A stretch of 32,950 nucleotides of DNA, taken from the IMG/VR virus record IMGVR_UViG_3300032328_000909, positions 1 to 32,950 of that record, one strand, 5' to 3'. Below the pieces are notes generated by a model. It saw only the letters and a list, made by a program, of their open reading frames with translations. It made no database searches and was not told the DNA's origin. Positions 16,440 to 25,287 of this stretch are shown here, in pieces; the first letter of the stretch is position 1; the number at the start of each line of letters is the position of its first letter. The position numbers and the translations under genes are program-made. This DNA comes from a virus (lineage: Duplodnaviria; Caudoviricetes).

Positions 16440-18116
16440 TCACTTTTTCCAGCGGGCGCCGTTCGAGGGCGATCTAGGTATCGTGCAGTCTGCAAGTAAA
16501 AGCTTCTGGGGTTGCCCTAGCATGTCTTGCGCCATGCGTGCATCGGCTAGCGCGCGCTCCCACGCTTCTACGTGCTCGAGGCACGAAAAGATCACGTCAA
16601 CCTCGACTTGATCCGCTTCTTGTCCGTCGCGGTGCGTGCGCCCTAGTAGCTGCTCCCACGTGTCCGCGCTCGGGGGGCAAGAGGTGATCAGATTCTTGGA
16701 CCATGCTTGAAGGTTCCGGCCCGTGGCGTTCGCTGCAACGCTTGCGATAGCCGGGCGCCCCTTGGCGCTCTCGATAGGGTTGCCCTCGAGGTCCTTTCCC
16801 TGGGGTCCGTAGTAGGGCACCCCCGTAAGCCGTGAGAGCTCACGAGCGAAGAAGGTGTGATCACACCAAGCGATCCCTTTCTCTTTCTCGAGCCACGCCG
16901 CAGCCCAATCAAGGGCCGCGCGATCATGCCAGATCGCCTTAGGGTTGATCTGGAACGTGGCCCGGATCCCGTCCCACCAATCCCACTCCCCCCGGGGCAG
17001 CTTCCCCGCGCGGCACGCGTTCGCTACCTGTAGCTCTGTATCAAGGCTCCGAGAGTGGGCGAGCGTATCCCGTACGAACTTGGCCCACGCGCGCCGGGCG
17101 TTTAGCCACGGCTGCGGAGGTCGCGGATCCCACACATAGTGAAACCCTAGGGCTAGCTCTCTCGAGTGGCGCCACACATCTACGGCTTGCGTAAGGGCCC
17201 ACCCGTCCGGCGTTTCCCAAAGCTCCCGAAGCGTCTTGAAGTGCCTATCCGTCTCCCCGTTGCCTTCAACTACGTGTCCGCGCAGATAGAGCGAACACGA
17301 GACTTGATCGCCCGCGCTAGAGACGATCCCCGGGGTCTCGACTAGCCTGCGGTGGAACGCCTTCCGCGCGGTCTGCAAAGCGTTGCGGCCCTGGTCACCG
17401 GGCGCTGCGAGAGTGAGCAACGCCCCGGGGTGCACGCGCTGCAAGGGGTTGATCTTTTCGTCCAAGCAAAGGGACCACTCTTCGAGCTCGGAATCCTCGA
17501 GGGGGATAGGCGCGCCGTCTTTGTGCGTCCACGTCAGAAGGTGCGCGAAGTCCTTTATGGATCGCTTTAGGACGGTCCCGGACATCACGAGCACCTTCGT
17601 CTCGGGGTGCGCGCGAAGGTACCGAACCAAGCGACGGGTTACCCCCGCGCGCTTATTCTTGGCGCGGTGCCCTTCGTCCAAGATCAAGAAGTCCGGGCGC
17701 ATGAAGTCTAAGAACGTGGCGCTCTGCTCACGCCCGAGCATCTCGTAGGAGTAGATCCGAAGGTTCGCGGGAAGGTGCCAGTCCTTGGAAAGCTCTTTGC
17801 GTTCGCGCTCCGTCTTTTCGATAAGCGAAGCCGGGAGCAAGAGTAGCGGGCGCTCTGCGCGTACCACTCGAGGCGCGAGCAAGGAAAGCAGGGTCTTACC
17901 GCCCCCCACGCGGATAGGTGCGAAGAGCCCCCCGGTCTCTTGGAGCTCGTGTAGCGCTTGCGCTTGGATCGGGCGCAGACGCATCGTGCCCCCCTCCCGC
18001 GCATGCTCTCGTGTGATGCGCTCCGATAGGTCTTCGGGCGTGTCTCTGCGGGGTAGGTTTGCGATGCGCTTGAAGTCCCTTGTTTGGGCGATGGCGCCCC
18101 GCACGAAGCCGCTCAT
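16440..18116 (-). CDS. Superfamily 2 DNA helicase
   Basis: 'LRPIQ', Walker A 'VGGGKT', 'ILDEGH', 'MSGT', motif VI 'QLLGRTHRDGQ'; ATG 18116 in an ATGA overlap. Confidence 0.9.
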   Translation of the reverse strand: MSGFVRGAIAQTRDFKRIANLPRRDTPEDLSERITREHAREGGTMRLRPIQAQALHELQETGGLFAPIRVGGGKTLLSLLAPRVVRAERPLLLLPASLIEKTERERKELSKDWHLPANLRIYSYEMLGREQSATFLDFMRPDFLILDEGHRAKNKRAGVTRRLVRYLRAHPETKVLVMSGTVLKRSIKDFAHLLTWTHKDGAPIPLEDSELEEWSLCLDEKINPLQRVHPGALLTLAAPGDQGRNALQTARKAFHRRLVETPGIVSSAGDQVSCSLYLRGHVVEGNGETDRHFKTLRELWETPDGWALTQAVDVWRHSRELALGFHYVWDPRPPQPWLNARRAWAKFVRDTLAHSRSLDTELQVANACRAGKLPRGEWDWWDGIRATFQINPKAIWHDRAALDWAAAWLEKEKGIAWCDHTFFARELSRLTGVPYYGPQGKDLEGNPIESAKGRPAIASVAANATGRNLQAWSKNLITSCPPSADTWEQLLGRTHRDGQEADQVEVDVIFSCLEHVEAWERALADARMAQDMLGQPQKLLLADCTIPRSPSNGARWKK

Positions 18117-18274
18117 GATCCGGGCCCCAAGAAAGGGATCCGAGGCGATTCCGCCCAATGCTTCTTTTCGTCGCAGAAGTTACGGCGCAAGATCTGACGC
18201 GCGTGGTCTTCGTCCAACGCGAGCACGTAGGCCGTTGATTCCGGAAGCGCGAAGACAAAGAGGGAGCGCGTCAC
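18113..18274 (-). CDS. Hypothetical 53-aa protein (absent from the ORF track)
   Basis: MTRSLFVFALPESTAYVLALDEDHARQILRRNF...; GTGA and ATGA overlaps at its two ends. Confidence 0.6.
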   Translation of the reverse strand: MTRSLFVFALPESTAYVLALDEDHARQILRRNFCDEKKHWAESPRIPFLGPGS

Positions 18275-18540
18275 GGCTTCCCCCCGCTACCGTAGAGACA
18301 GCGATGCAGACGTGCCGCACGCTCGAGCGCTTGCGCCGTCTCTTCCCGCGCTTCGGCTAGCTCCCGCGCATGGCGCACGCGTTCGAGTTCGTTCGCCTTA
18401 CGCACGGCGCGAAGCTCTGCGATCACACGCCGCAAGTAGCCCGCAAGCGTCTTAGACAAGCCGGTCTCACGTACGGGACCGGGGCAAGCGAGCACGGCCC
18501 GCGCTTCATGATCTAGGGCTGATAGTTCTTTGGTATTCAC
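18271..18540 (-). CDS. Hypothetical protein
   Basis: GTG start giving MNTKELSALDHEAR..., helical; coupled to the next ORF. Confidence 0.55.
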   Translation of the reverse strand: MNTKELSALDHEARAVLACPGPVRETGLSKTLAGYLRRVIAELRAVRKANELERVRHARELAEAREETAQALERAARLHRCLYGSGGKP

Positions 18541-18600
18541 AGCACCCCTAGGCCGCACCTCCGAAGAAGTGCAGCCCGTGTGCTCCCGCGCTAGCGGGGT

Positions 18601-18756
18601 CTAGTTCATCCCACCTAGGTACGCTTCCCACGCTGCGGCGAACCATAGGCCCCGCAGGTAGTCCGATTGGACGGCCCAAGAAGTTACCTTGTACCCCGCG
18701 CAAAAGAGGCGCTCTGCGATACGTTCGATCTTCTTCGGGGAGACCTTGCGACTCAC
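18601..18756 (-). CDS. Hypothetical 51-aa protein
   Basis: MSRKVSPKKIERIAERLFCAGYKVTSW...; GTGA overlap with a preceding 34-codon ORF (18753-18857). Confidence 0.4.
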   Translation of the reverse strand: MSRKVSPKKIERIAERLFCAGYKVTSWAVQSDYLRGLWFAAAWEAYLGGMN

Positions 18757-18853
18757 GATCCAAGAACCCCAAACACGATCAGGTTTCGCCGCGAACCTTC
18801 GGGCTGCGACTTTGCACACTTCGCGCCCGCGCGCCAGCAGACATAGGGCGTAT

Positions 18854-19021
18854 TCATTGCCACCCCTTTGCAAGCTTCGCGAGCTTGCGCAGTGCTTGGG
18901 CTTCGATCTGCTGAACACGTGCGGGGCTGATCCCGAGACGTTTCGCAATCTCCCGATGCGACAAACCCCCGGCTTCGTCTTGCCCGCGTCGTTCGTTCTC
19001 CCGGCTCCGTTCAAGGTTCAT
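18854..19021 (-). CDS. Stand-alone sigma-70 region 4-like HTH mini-protein (55 aa)
   Basis: 'GLSHREIAKRLGISPARVQQIEAQALRKL' matches the region 4.2 pattern (RpoD ...RERIRQIEAKALRKL); ATGA overlaps at both ends. Confidence 0.75.
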   Translation of the reverse strand: MNLERSRENERRGQDEAGGLSHREIAKRLGISPARVQQIEAQALRKLAKLAKGWQ

Positions 19022-19719
19022 TGAGACACCTCTTTCATCGCGCACATATCCAAGATGCAGCGAACGAAGCTCTCTTGCGCCTTGATCACGGTCTCGGAAA
19101 GAGCGCTATAGGCTGCGCTCCGGGCTGCGCTATAGGCTGCGCTACGGGCTGCTCTCTCGGCTGCGCTCTCGGCTGCGCTCTCGGCTGCGCTCTCGGCTGC
19201 GCTACGGGCTGCGCTCTCGGCTGCGCTACGGGCTGCGCTACGGGCTGCGCTACGGGCTGCGCTCTCGGCTGCGCTGCAAAGAGGTCCCGCAAGGTCCAAA
19301 GACTCTTGGGAGGTGATAGGCGCGAGACCTTCCAAGTTCTGCGCGTGCTCTTCCAGCCCTGCGAGGCGCAATAAGAGGGGCGCACGCTCTCGGATGTGCC
19401 AATCCAAGATCCTGTACGTGCGGCGCAAAAGCAGATCATCCGAAGTGCTGCGCGTGCCTACCAGGGACACAAGCAAGGGCCGGATAAGCTGCGTTCGCGT
19501 TTCGTCGGGAAGAGAGTCATTCCACGAAATGACCGCAGACCCGATAACCGGGCACACGCAATCGGGCTTGTCAGTGATCTGATCCTCGGGAGAGCCCGCA
19601 AGCCAAGAGACCACCTCGAGGGCGCAATGGCCCGAGTCAAAATGCTTATGCTGGCCATGATGCAAAGAGATTTCTTCGAGCTTCGCGAGGCGCTCGGGGA
19701 CGATGCAAGCGGGGTTCAC
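19018..19719 (-). CDS. Hypothetical phage protein with an Ala-rich tetrapeptide repeat
   Basis: 'CALEVVSWLAG...DKPDCVCPVI....WND.LPD' N-terminal domain, then 14 SAA(E/R/Y)-type units. Confidence 0.75.
   Translation of the reverse strand: MNPACIVPERLAKLEEISLHHGQHKHFDSGHCALEVVSWLAGSPEDQITDKPDCVCPVIGSAVISWNDSLPDETRTQLIRPLLVSLVGTRSTSDDLLLRRTYRILDWHIRERAPLLLRLAGLEEHAQNLEGLAPITSQESLDLAGPLCSAAESAARSAARSAARSAAESAARSAAESAAESAAESAAERAARSAAYSAARSAAYSALSETVIKAQESFVRCILDMCAMKEVSQ
19108..19275. repeat. 12-bp coding tandem repeat, 14 units
   Basis: GGCTGCGCT followed by CTC, ACG, ATA or CCG on the + strand; encodes SAAE/SAAR/SAAY on the - strand. Confidence 0.95.
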
Positions 19720-21086
19720 GGCAACCCCCTAACCACGTACACCGCAGCGCCCTCGAGCGCAGACAAGCACGCCGCGCCCTCGGGCGTGCGCGTGGAAAGC
19801 GCGATCGCATCGCACCCCTTCGCAACCGAGAGCACCGCAAGGGACAGCACCCCGGGCCCCTTGCCGTACGGAATAAAGCGATAGTCGGCTGCGCCATCGC
19901 AATCCGGATCGTTCTTGATCGTCTCCGCAGCCTTCGCTACGAGCTCCGAGAGGTGCGTTACAGCACGCCCGCGGACGGGGATGCAATCCACGTAGAGGGC
20001 GAAGGCGCCGATGCCTGCGACAAGGGGGGCCGGGACCTCTGGCGCCTCCGTCTCTACGCGCTTCGCGCGCGCGCGCTTGGGCTTATCTTCGACGGCTGCG
20101 GGCTTCACCGGTTCTTGTGCGACATCCCACGAAGACGGGTAACCCTTCGCAGCCTCGGGCGCGGGGGCGATACCCGTGGGCTGCGCTGCGGGAAGGGCGC
20201 TCTCGGGCGGGTTGATCGGGACGGGATCCAGCGCCGTCTCGGGCTCGAGCGCCTCGGGTTCGGGAGCCTTGCGAGCCTCAAGAGCCTCTTTACGTGCGCG
20301 GATAGATGCCAAAACGGAAGTAGACATGATCGATTTCAACCTTTCACCTTGGGACAAATTGCAACGGTGCCTATGAGGGCAGCCCCCATAGCCCTCGCAA
20401 GCGTTCGCATTCGGCGGGAGGGAAAGCACCTCGGAGGCACTAACCCGGCCCTTGATCTCTTTCATCTCGAGAGCGATGCTCTCGACTACGCGCATGCGGT
20501 CTTCGACGGTCGCGCGGTCAAGTGTCACGTCAACGGGCCAAGCCTTGCGGGCGCCCTTCGTCGCTAGGTAGAGCCAGCGAAGATTGACGGTATCGACGCG
20601 GAACGCGTCAAGGTGATCCTGCGCATAGATGATCGCTTGCGTGTTCCAAGGCAGTGTTTCCGCCGTCAACGCATAGCGAGGGTTGCCCGTGGTCTTGTGA
20701 TCGTGCACGAGACCGGGAAGCTCTAGATCCTTGAAGCCCCGATACACGATCCCCGTCTCTTCCGAACGGGAGGCAAAAGAGCCCTCGATAATCATTCCCG
20801 GGGTTCCGGGCTCGGGGAGGTAGGGGAGACCCGCTTGCGCGATCTCTCCGCTCTCGTCCGGGGAACCGTCTTCCAGCATGAAGCTCAAGTAGCCCCGCGA
20901 CAAGTAGCGCTCTAGCTGCGTATGCGTGCGGCTACCGAGCACCGCGCTAGGGTGCGGGGGCTCGCGGAAACCTGCAAGGTACACCCATCCCCACTTGCGG
21001 GCGCATTGCCCGTACGTATCGATCTCCGAAGCGCTCTTGCACTCCGCGTCTTCGGGGTGCACCGTGGGTACGTAGGGGAAAAGCAC
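19716..21086 (-). CDS. PD-(D/E)XK Cas4/AddB-like exonuclease with a C-terminal extension
   Basis: 'SASEIDTYGQCARKW', 'GSRTH', 'GFKDL...VHDHKT', C-terminal Cys cluster 'CEGYGGCPHRHRC'; then a Pro/Ala/Glu linker and an extra domain. Confidence 0.8.
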   Translation of the reverse strand: MLFPYVPTVHPEDAECKSASEIDTYGQCARKWGWVYLAGFREPPHPSAVLGSRTHTQLERYLSRGYLSFMLEDGSPDESGEIAQAGLPYLPEPGTPGMIIEGSFASRSEETGIVYRGFKDLELPGLVHDHKTTGNPRYALTAETLPWNTQAIIYAQDHLDAFRVDTVNLRWLYLATKGARKAWPVDVTLDRATVEDRMRVVESIALEMKEIKGRVSASEVLSLPPNANACEGYGGCPHRHRCNLSQGERLKSIMSTSVLASIRARKEALEARKAPEPEALEPETALDPVPINPPESALPAAQPTGIAPAPEAAKGYPSSWDVAQEPVKPAAVEDKPKRARAKRVETEAPEVPAPLVAGIGAFALYVDCIPVRGRAVTHLSELVAKAAETIKNDPDCDGAADYRFIPYGKGPGVLSLAVLSVAKGCDAIALSTRTPEGAACLSALEGAAVYVVRGLP

Positions 21087-21186
21087 GCCCCCGTCTTTAC
21101 TCTCTCGGAGAGACTATGCAAAGAAAAAGTAACTAGGAGAGAATTATTCTCGAAGCACTCGGGTTTTTTTGTCCTAGGTTCGGGGG

Positions 21187-23319
21187 GTGTCTCGCTTCCC
21201 CCTCTTTTTGGTTGTAGACGGCAAGTGCACATGCTCCGAGGGCGCGGCGTGCACGCGCGCGGGCAAGCACCCTTCCGTGCCTTGGGCGAACCTCGTAGCC
21301 GGTGAGAGCATCCAAGGCCCCGAGGGCTGCGGCTACGGGCTCGCTACCGGCGAACGCTCGGGGTGCTTCGTAGTCGATTGCGATTCTGCGTCTGCGGCCC
21401 AAGCGTGCCGCGAAGCCTTCCCCGCTACGCGTACCGTGCTCACGCCCCGAGGGGGCGCGCACTTCTACTTCCGTTGGCCCGGCTTTGCCGTGCGCAATTC
21501 CGTGCGGGAGTTCGAGGCTGATACGGACATCCGCGGTGACGGCGGTTTTGTAGTGCTCGAGGGCAGCATGCATAAAAACGGCACGAGGTATCGGCTTGAT
21601 CCCGATGCGCCCGAAGAGATCGCAGATGCTCCCCCCGAGCTCTTGCAGTGGGAAGGCTTGCGACGCAAAGCACGAAGCCCCGAAGCCCCCGGGGAGCTCG
21701 TGCCCGTGGACCTTTCAACGGAACGCGGGCGCGAAGCGCTCGAGGAAGCACGGGCGTACCTCGCAAGCGCCCCGCCGTGCGTCGAAGGGCAAGGCGGGGA
21801 TCAACAATTGTGGCACGTGGCGCTGCGCTTGATGCGCACCCTCGAGCTACCTATCGAGGTAGCTTGGGAAGAGATCCAAGGGTTCAACGCGCGTTGCGCC
21901 CCGCCGTGGCCCGAAGACACTTTGCGCCGCAAACTGATCGAAGCCCGGGACTCGGGCGACAAGTCCCCGGGGCAATGGCTACGCCCTTCAATGCTCGAGA
22001 GCATGCTCCGCGCATCCAAGCGAGCGACGGCGCCCGCGCCTTCCCTCGAGGCGCCCGCGAAGCCACGCCGCACCAAGACCCCGGGGCACGCGTACGCTTA
22101 CGAGGTCACGGCCCTAGCGCCGTCCCCGATGATCTCGAAAGGGCGAATCACGGACGTGATCACCTACCTCTCTTCCGGGGAGTGGGCGGGCGTGCTGCAA
22201 TACGATGAATTCGCCGGGCACCCCTTGGCCGTCGATCCCCCTATCGCCTTGCGTGCTGAGAACGGCGCCCTCTCGCAGAGTGACGCTACCAGCGTGCGCG
22301 CCTTGCTTGAGCACGAGGGGATCGCAGTTGGTAAAGACATGGTCTACGACGCGCTAGAAGCGGTCTGCTACGCGCATCGCTTCGACCCTTTGCGGGAGTG
22401 GATCATGTCACTGCCCCCAGGGGACCCCAAGATCTTCGACGGCTTGGCTTGTCGTCTCTTCGGCTCGCAATCGGAGATCCAAGAGGTCTACTTGCGCCAT
22501 TGGTTCATGGGCGTGGCAGCCCGGGCCCTCGTGCCGGGGATCCTCTTTCAAGAAATGCTGATCCTCACCGGGGCGCAGGGCGTGCGAAAGAGCACCTTCG
22601 CGCGCTCTATCGTGCCGCATGAGGCTTGGTTCTGCGATGCGCTCCCGGCCCTCGAGAGTGACAACGTGATCAGGCAGCTACACGGGAAGCTGATCGTAGA
22701 AGTGGCGGAGCTCGTAGCTACCAAGCGAAGCGATATCGAGACGCAGAAGGCGTTTACCTCCCGTTCCGTCGATAGGTACACGCAGAAGTACGAACGGCAC
22801 GCCGAAGATCACCCCCGCCGATGCGTATTCATCGGGACCACGAACGAAGAAGAGATCTTGCGGGACCCTACGGGCAACCGTCGCTATTGGTGCATCGAGG
22901 TGCTTCGAGAGATCCCAATTGATTGGTTCCTCGAGCACCGAGATCAGATCATCGCAGCCGCGCGAGATCTCTTCCTAGCCGGGGAGCCCTTGCACCTCTC
23001 CCCCGAAGAGAGGGCGCTAGCAGCCGAACAGACGGAACGCTTCGAGGTAGCTCTAGAGGCTTCGGACACGTGGACGGAACGGATCGCGGAATACTGCGCG
23101 GGCAAGGAAGAAGTGGCAGTCTCTCGCGTGCTGAACTTCTTGGGGGTGCCTATTGAGCGCCAAGGGGTCTCAGAGCAACGGCGCGTAGGCGCGTGTCTGC
23201 GTTCGCTAGGGCTCAAGAGAGAATTGAGGCGCATCAAGTCAAGGCGCGCAAGGGTGTGGATCGTCCCCGAAGACCTCCGAAGAGAGACCCCGAGCCCGGA
23301 AGTGCTAAAGTTCAAGTGA
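21187..23319 (+). CDS. Bifunctional primase-polymerase fused to a VirE/VapE-type P-loop helicase
   Basis: 'GKHP', 'GLATG', 'VVDCD', 'TPRGGAHFYF', 'DIRGDGGFVV'; C-terminal 'GAQGVRKST', 'IGTTNEEEILRDPTGNRRYW'. Confidence 0.9.
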   Translation: MSRFPLFLVVDGKCTCSEGAACTRAGKHPSVPWANLVAGESIQGPEGCGYGLATGERSGCFVVDCDSASAAQACREAFPATRTVLTPRGGAHFYFRWPGFAVRNSVREFEADTDIRGDGGFVVLEGSMHKNGTRYRLDPDAPEEIADAPPELLQWEGLRRKARSPEAPGELVPVDLSTERGREALEEARAYLASAPPCVEGQGGDQQLWHVALRLMRTLELPIEVAWEEIQGFNARCAPPWPEDTLRRKLIEARDSGDKSPGQWLRPSMLESMLRASKRATAPAPSLEAPAKPRRTKTPGHAYAYEVTALAPSPMISKGRITDVITYLSSGEWAGVLQYDEFAGHPLAVDPPIALRAENGALSQSDATSVRALLEHEGIAVGKDMVYDALEAVCYAHRFDPLREWIMSLPPGDPKIFDGLACRLFGSQSEIQEVYLRHWFMGVAARALVPGILFQEMLILTGAQGVRKSTFARSIVPHEAWFCDALPALESDNVIRQLHGKLIVEVAELVATKRSDIETQKAFTSRSVDRYTQKYERHAEDHPRRCVFIGTTNEEEILRDPTGNRRYWCIEVLREIPIDWFLEHRDQIIAAARDLFLAGEPLHLSPEERALAAEQTERFEVALEASDTWTERIAEYCAGKEEVAVSRVLNFLGVPIERQGVSEQRRVGACLRSLGLKRELRRIKSRRARVWIVPEDLRRETPSPEVLKFK

Positions 23320-23326
23320 CACCCCG

Positions 23327-23358
23327 AGGGGCCCTAACCGGGCCCCTTCGTCGTTTGT
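23327..23358 (+). terminator. Hairpin after the primase gene, probable terminator
   Basis: GAGGGGCCC-TAACC-GGGCCCCTT stem followed by a weak T-rich tail. Confidence 0.5.
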
Positions 23359-23379
23359 GCACCTTAGAAAACACCGAGA

Positions 23380-23628
23380 GATCGCAAGGTGCACACTAGC
23401 GATCCGAAAAGCGATCAGGCTGAAAAGCCAAACCTTTCAAGCTCTTCCGGTTTGCCGGATCTCTTGCACCCGTGATCAGGGAAAAACGGTCCAACAAACC
23501 CCTGTAGGGGGCCCCCTACACCCCTCGGATCCCCCATTACTTACTACCTAGTGATCTAAGTGATCTAAGTGATCCAAGGGGTAAAAGGTGCGGGATCGCT
23601 TCCGGATCGCTTACGGGCCTTAGTGATC
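23380..23628. other. Candidate replication origin (GATC cluster, palindrome, 9-bp tandem repeats)
   Basis: 12 GATC in 249 bp; perfect 18-bp palindrome TGTAGGGGGCCCCCTACA (23503-23520); AGTGATC(T/C)A x3 (23550-23576); GGATCGCTT x2. Largest apparently non-coding gap, directly after the primase-helicase. Confidence 0.5.
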
Positions 23629-23642
23629 GTCTAGCCTCCTGC

Positions 23643-24743
23643 GTGGCTACCCGTACAGATTTCGCTCGCATCGATGCGAAGCACCGCACCCCGCAGGGGG
23701 GCGTGCGTCTCCCTGCGAACCTCACGCGCGTTGGCGTGCTTGAGTACCGCACGCCCTCGGGCGCCGTGCGTCGCGAGCTACGCCCCGCGGAAGAGGTGTT
23801 TCACGCGGACTCTTTGGCGAGCCTTGCGGACGCGCCCGTTACCATCGGACACCCCCCGGGCGTTGACGCGACCAATTGGGAGAAGCTCTCCGTTGGGCAC
23901 GTGCGGGACCCTCTAGAGGCTGCGCCGTTCGTCTCGGGCGTTGTGATCGTGCAACGCGCTGACGCGGTGCAAGGTGTCGAGAGCGAAGCACTTGTAGAAC
24001 TCTCGTGCGGGTACACCGTTCGGGAGGATCTCACCCCTGGCGTTTACGAGGGCACCCCCTATGACCTCGTGCAAAGGGACATCCGATACAACCATGTCGG
24101 CCTTGGGCCGCGTAACTGGGGGCGTGCGGGCAACGCTGTAGCGCTCAAGTTCGACGGGCTAGCCGATCACTTCGACGCGCATCTAGAGGCGCACCCCGAA
24201 GCCCCTGTAGGCGGTGCCTATGCTCCCCCCGTAACCACCTCTCAGAAGGAACGGGATCGCATGACTTTGGAAGAAGCCCTCAAGATGAACGAAGCCCTCC
24301 GCAAAGATGCGGACACGCTTCGCGCCGAACGCGATGCCGCGCGGGCCGATGCCGACAAGGCCCAAGCACGCGCAGACGGCTTGGCTAGGGATCAAAAGAA
24401 TCTAGAAGAGACTAATTCAAAAGCCGTGGAAAATCGCGTGTCTTTGGAGCTTCGGGCCCAAGCGCACGGTGTTTCCTGCAAGGGCCGCTCGGATTCCGAG
24501 ATCATGGTCGAAGCTATCAAGAAGGCGGACGCGACCTTCGCCCCCGAGGGCAAGAGCTCGGATTACCTGCGGGCACGTTTCGACATGCTTGCCGATCCCG
24601 TGCGCAGCGATGCTTCGCGCGCTCAAGTTCAGATCGCAGCCGCGGGCGCGTTGCCCTCGGAGGGCGACCTTGATCCCGTCTCGAAGGCTCGAGCGGACAT
24701 GCTGAAACGTCTCGACACCATGCACACGGGAGCTAGCCAGTAA
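23643..24743 (+). CDS. DUF2213-family prohead protease/scaffold protein
   Basis: 'RTPQG......LTRVGVLEY', 'RPAEEVF..DSLASL...PVTIGHP', 'ELSCGY', 'QRDIRYNHV', 'GRAG'; coiled-coil C-terminal half. Confidence 0.9.
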   Translation: MATRTDFARIDAKHRTPQGGVRLPANLTRVGVLEYRTPSGAVRRELRPAEEVFHADSLASLADAPVTIGHPPGVDATNWEKLSVGHVRDPLEAAPFVSGVVIVQRADAVQGVESEALVELSCGYTVREDLTPGVYEGTPYDLVQRDIRYNHVGLGPRNWGRAGNAVALKFDGLADHFDAHLEAHPEAPVGGAYAPPVTTSQKERDRMTLEEALKMNEALRKDADTLRAERDAARADADKAQARADGLARDQKNLEETNSKAVENRVSLELRAQAHGVSCKGRSDSEIMVEAIKKADATFAPEGKSSDYLRARFDMLADPVRSDASRAQVQIAAAGALPSEGDLDPVSKARADMLKRLDTMHTGASQ

Positions 24744-25216
24744 TGCCGCAGACCACCTATACCAGCGACTACACCGCGGCCCTCGCGGGCCAGATCGCGG
24801 ATAACTCCGCGTCTGAATGCGTCTCCTACGTGTGCTCGGAGGCTATCGAAGCCGGGCGCTTCGTGGAGCTTCACACGGACGGTAAGGTCCGGAACCCTCA
24901 AGGGACGACCCTTACGAAGCCCGTTGGCGTTGCGGTCTACCAGGTTTCGGATCTCCCGGGCGGCTACGCCGCGGGCGATGTCGTCTGCGTCATGCGCAAG
25001 GGTCGCATCTATGCGCAGATCACCGGATCCGCTCCCGGGGAGCTCGTTGCCGCGAACATCAACCACTCCAGCACCGTTGCGACAGATCGCGGCAAGCTCA
25101 CGACTACTGCGACAAGCGCGGGCGCGGGCACTGAGATCAGCGCCCTCGAGGGGTGCCGCTTCGTGAAGTCCGGTCCCTCGGGCCTTGGCCAAGTGGAATT
25201 GAACCTGCCCGCGTAA
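24743..25216 (+). CDS. Head decoration/cement protein
   Basis: 157 aa between the DUF2213 and capsid genes; 'ALAGQIAD', 'VCVMRKGRIY'. Confidence 0.75.
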   Translation: MPQTTYTSDYTAALAGQIADNSASECVSYVCSEAIEAGRFVELHTDGKVRNPQGTTLTKPVGVAVYQVSDLPGGYAAGDVVCVMRKGRIYAQITGSAPGELVAANINHSSTVATDRGKLTTTATSAGAGTEISALEGCRFVKSGPSGLGQVELNLPA

Positions 25217-25287
25217 CCCGCAGGCAACGTAACCCAATGTTTTGCCCCGGGGTCCCCGGGGTTCTCAAGTCCGTAGGTACAAAAACG

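Noticed and set aside
15790-16611. 273-aa plus-strand ORF
   Set aside because: Antisense to the tRNA-like element, the SSB-like gene and the helicase end; no recognisable motifs.
19716-21086. Cas4-like gene as part of a CRISPR-Cas system
   Set aside because: No cas1, cas2 or array; solo Cas4-like nucleases are common in phage replication modules.
25153-25287. N-terminal extension of the capsid protein given in the track
   Set aside because: It overlaps the decoration gene and crosses a CCCCGGGG-T-CCCCGGGG intergenic hairpin; ATG 25288 after AGGT is more plausible.
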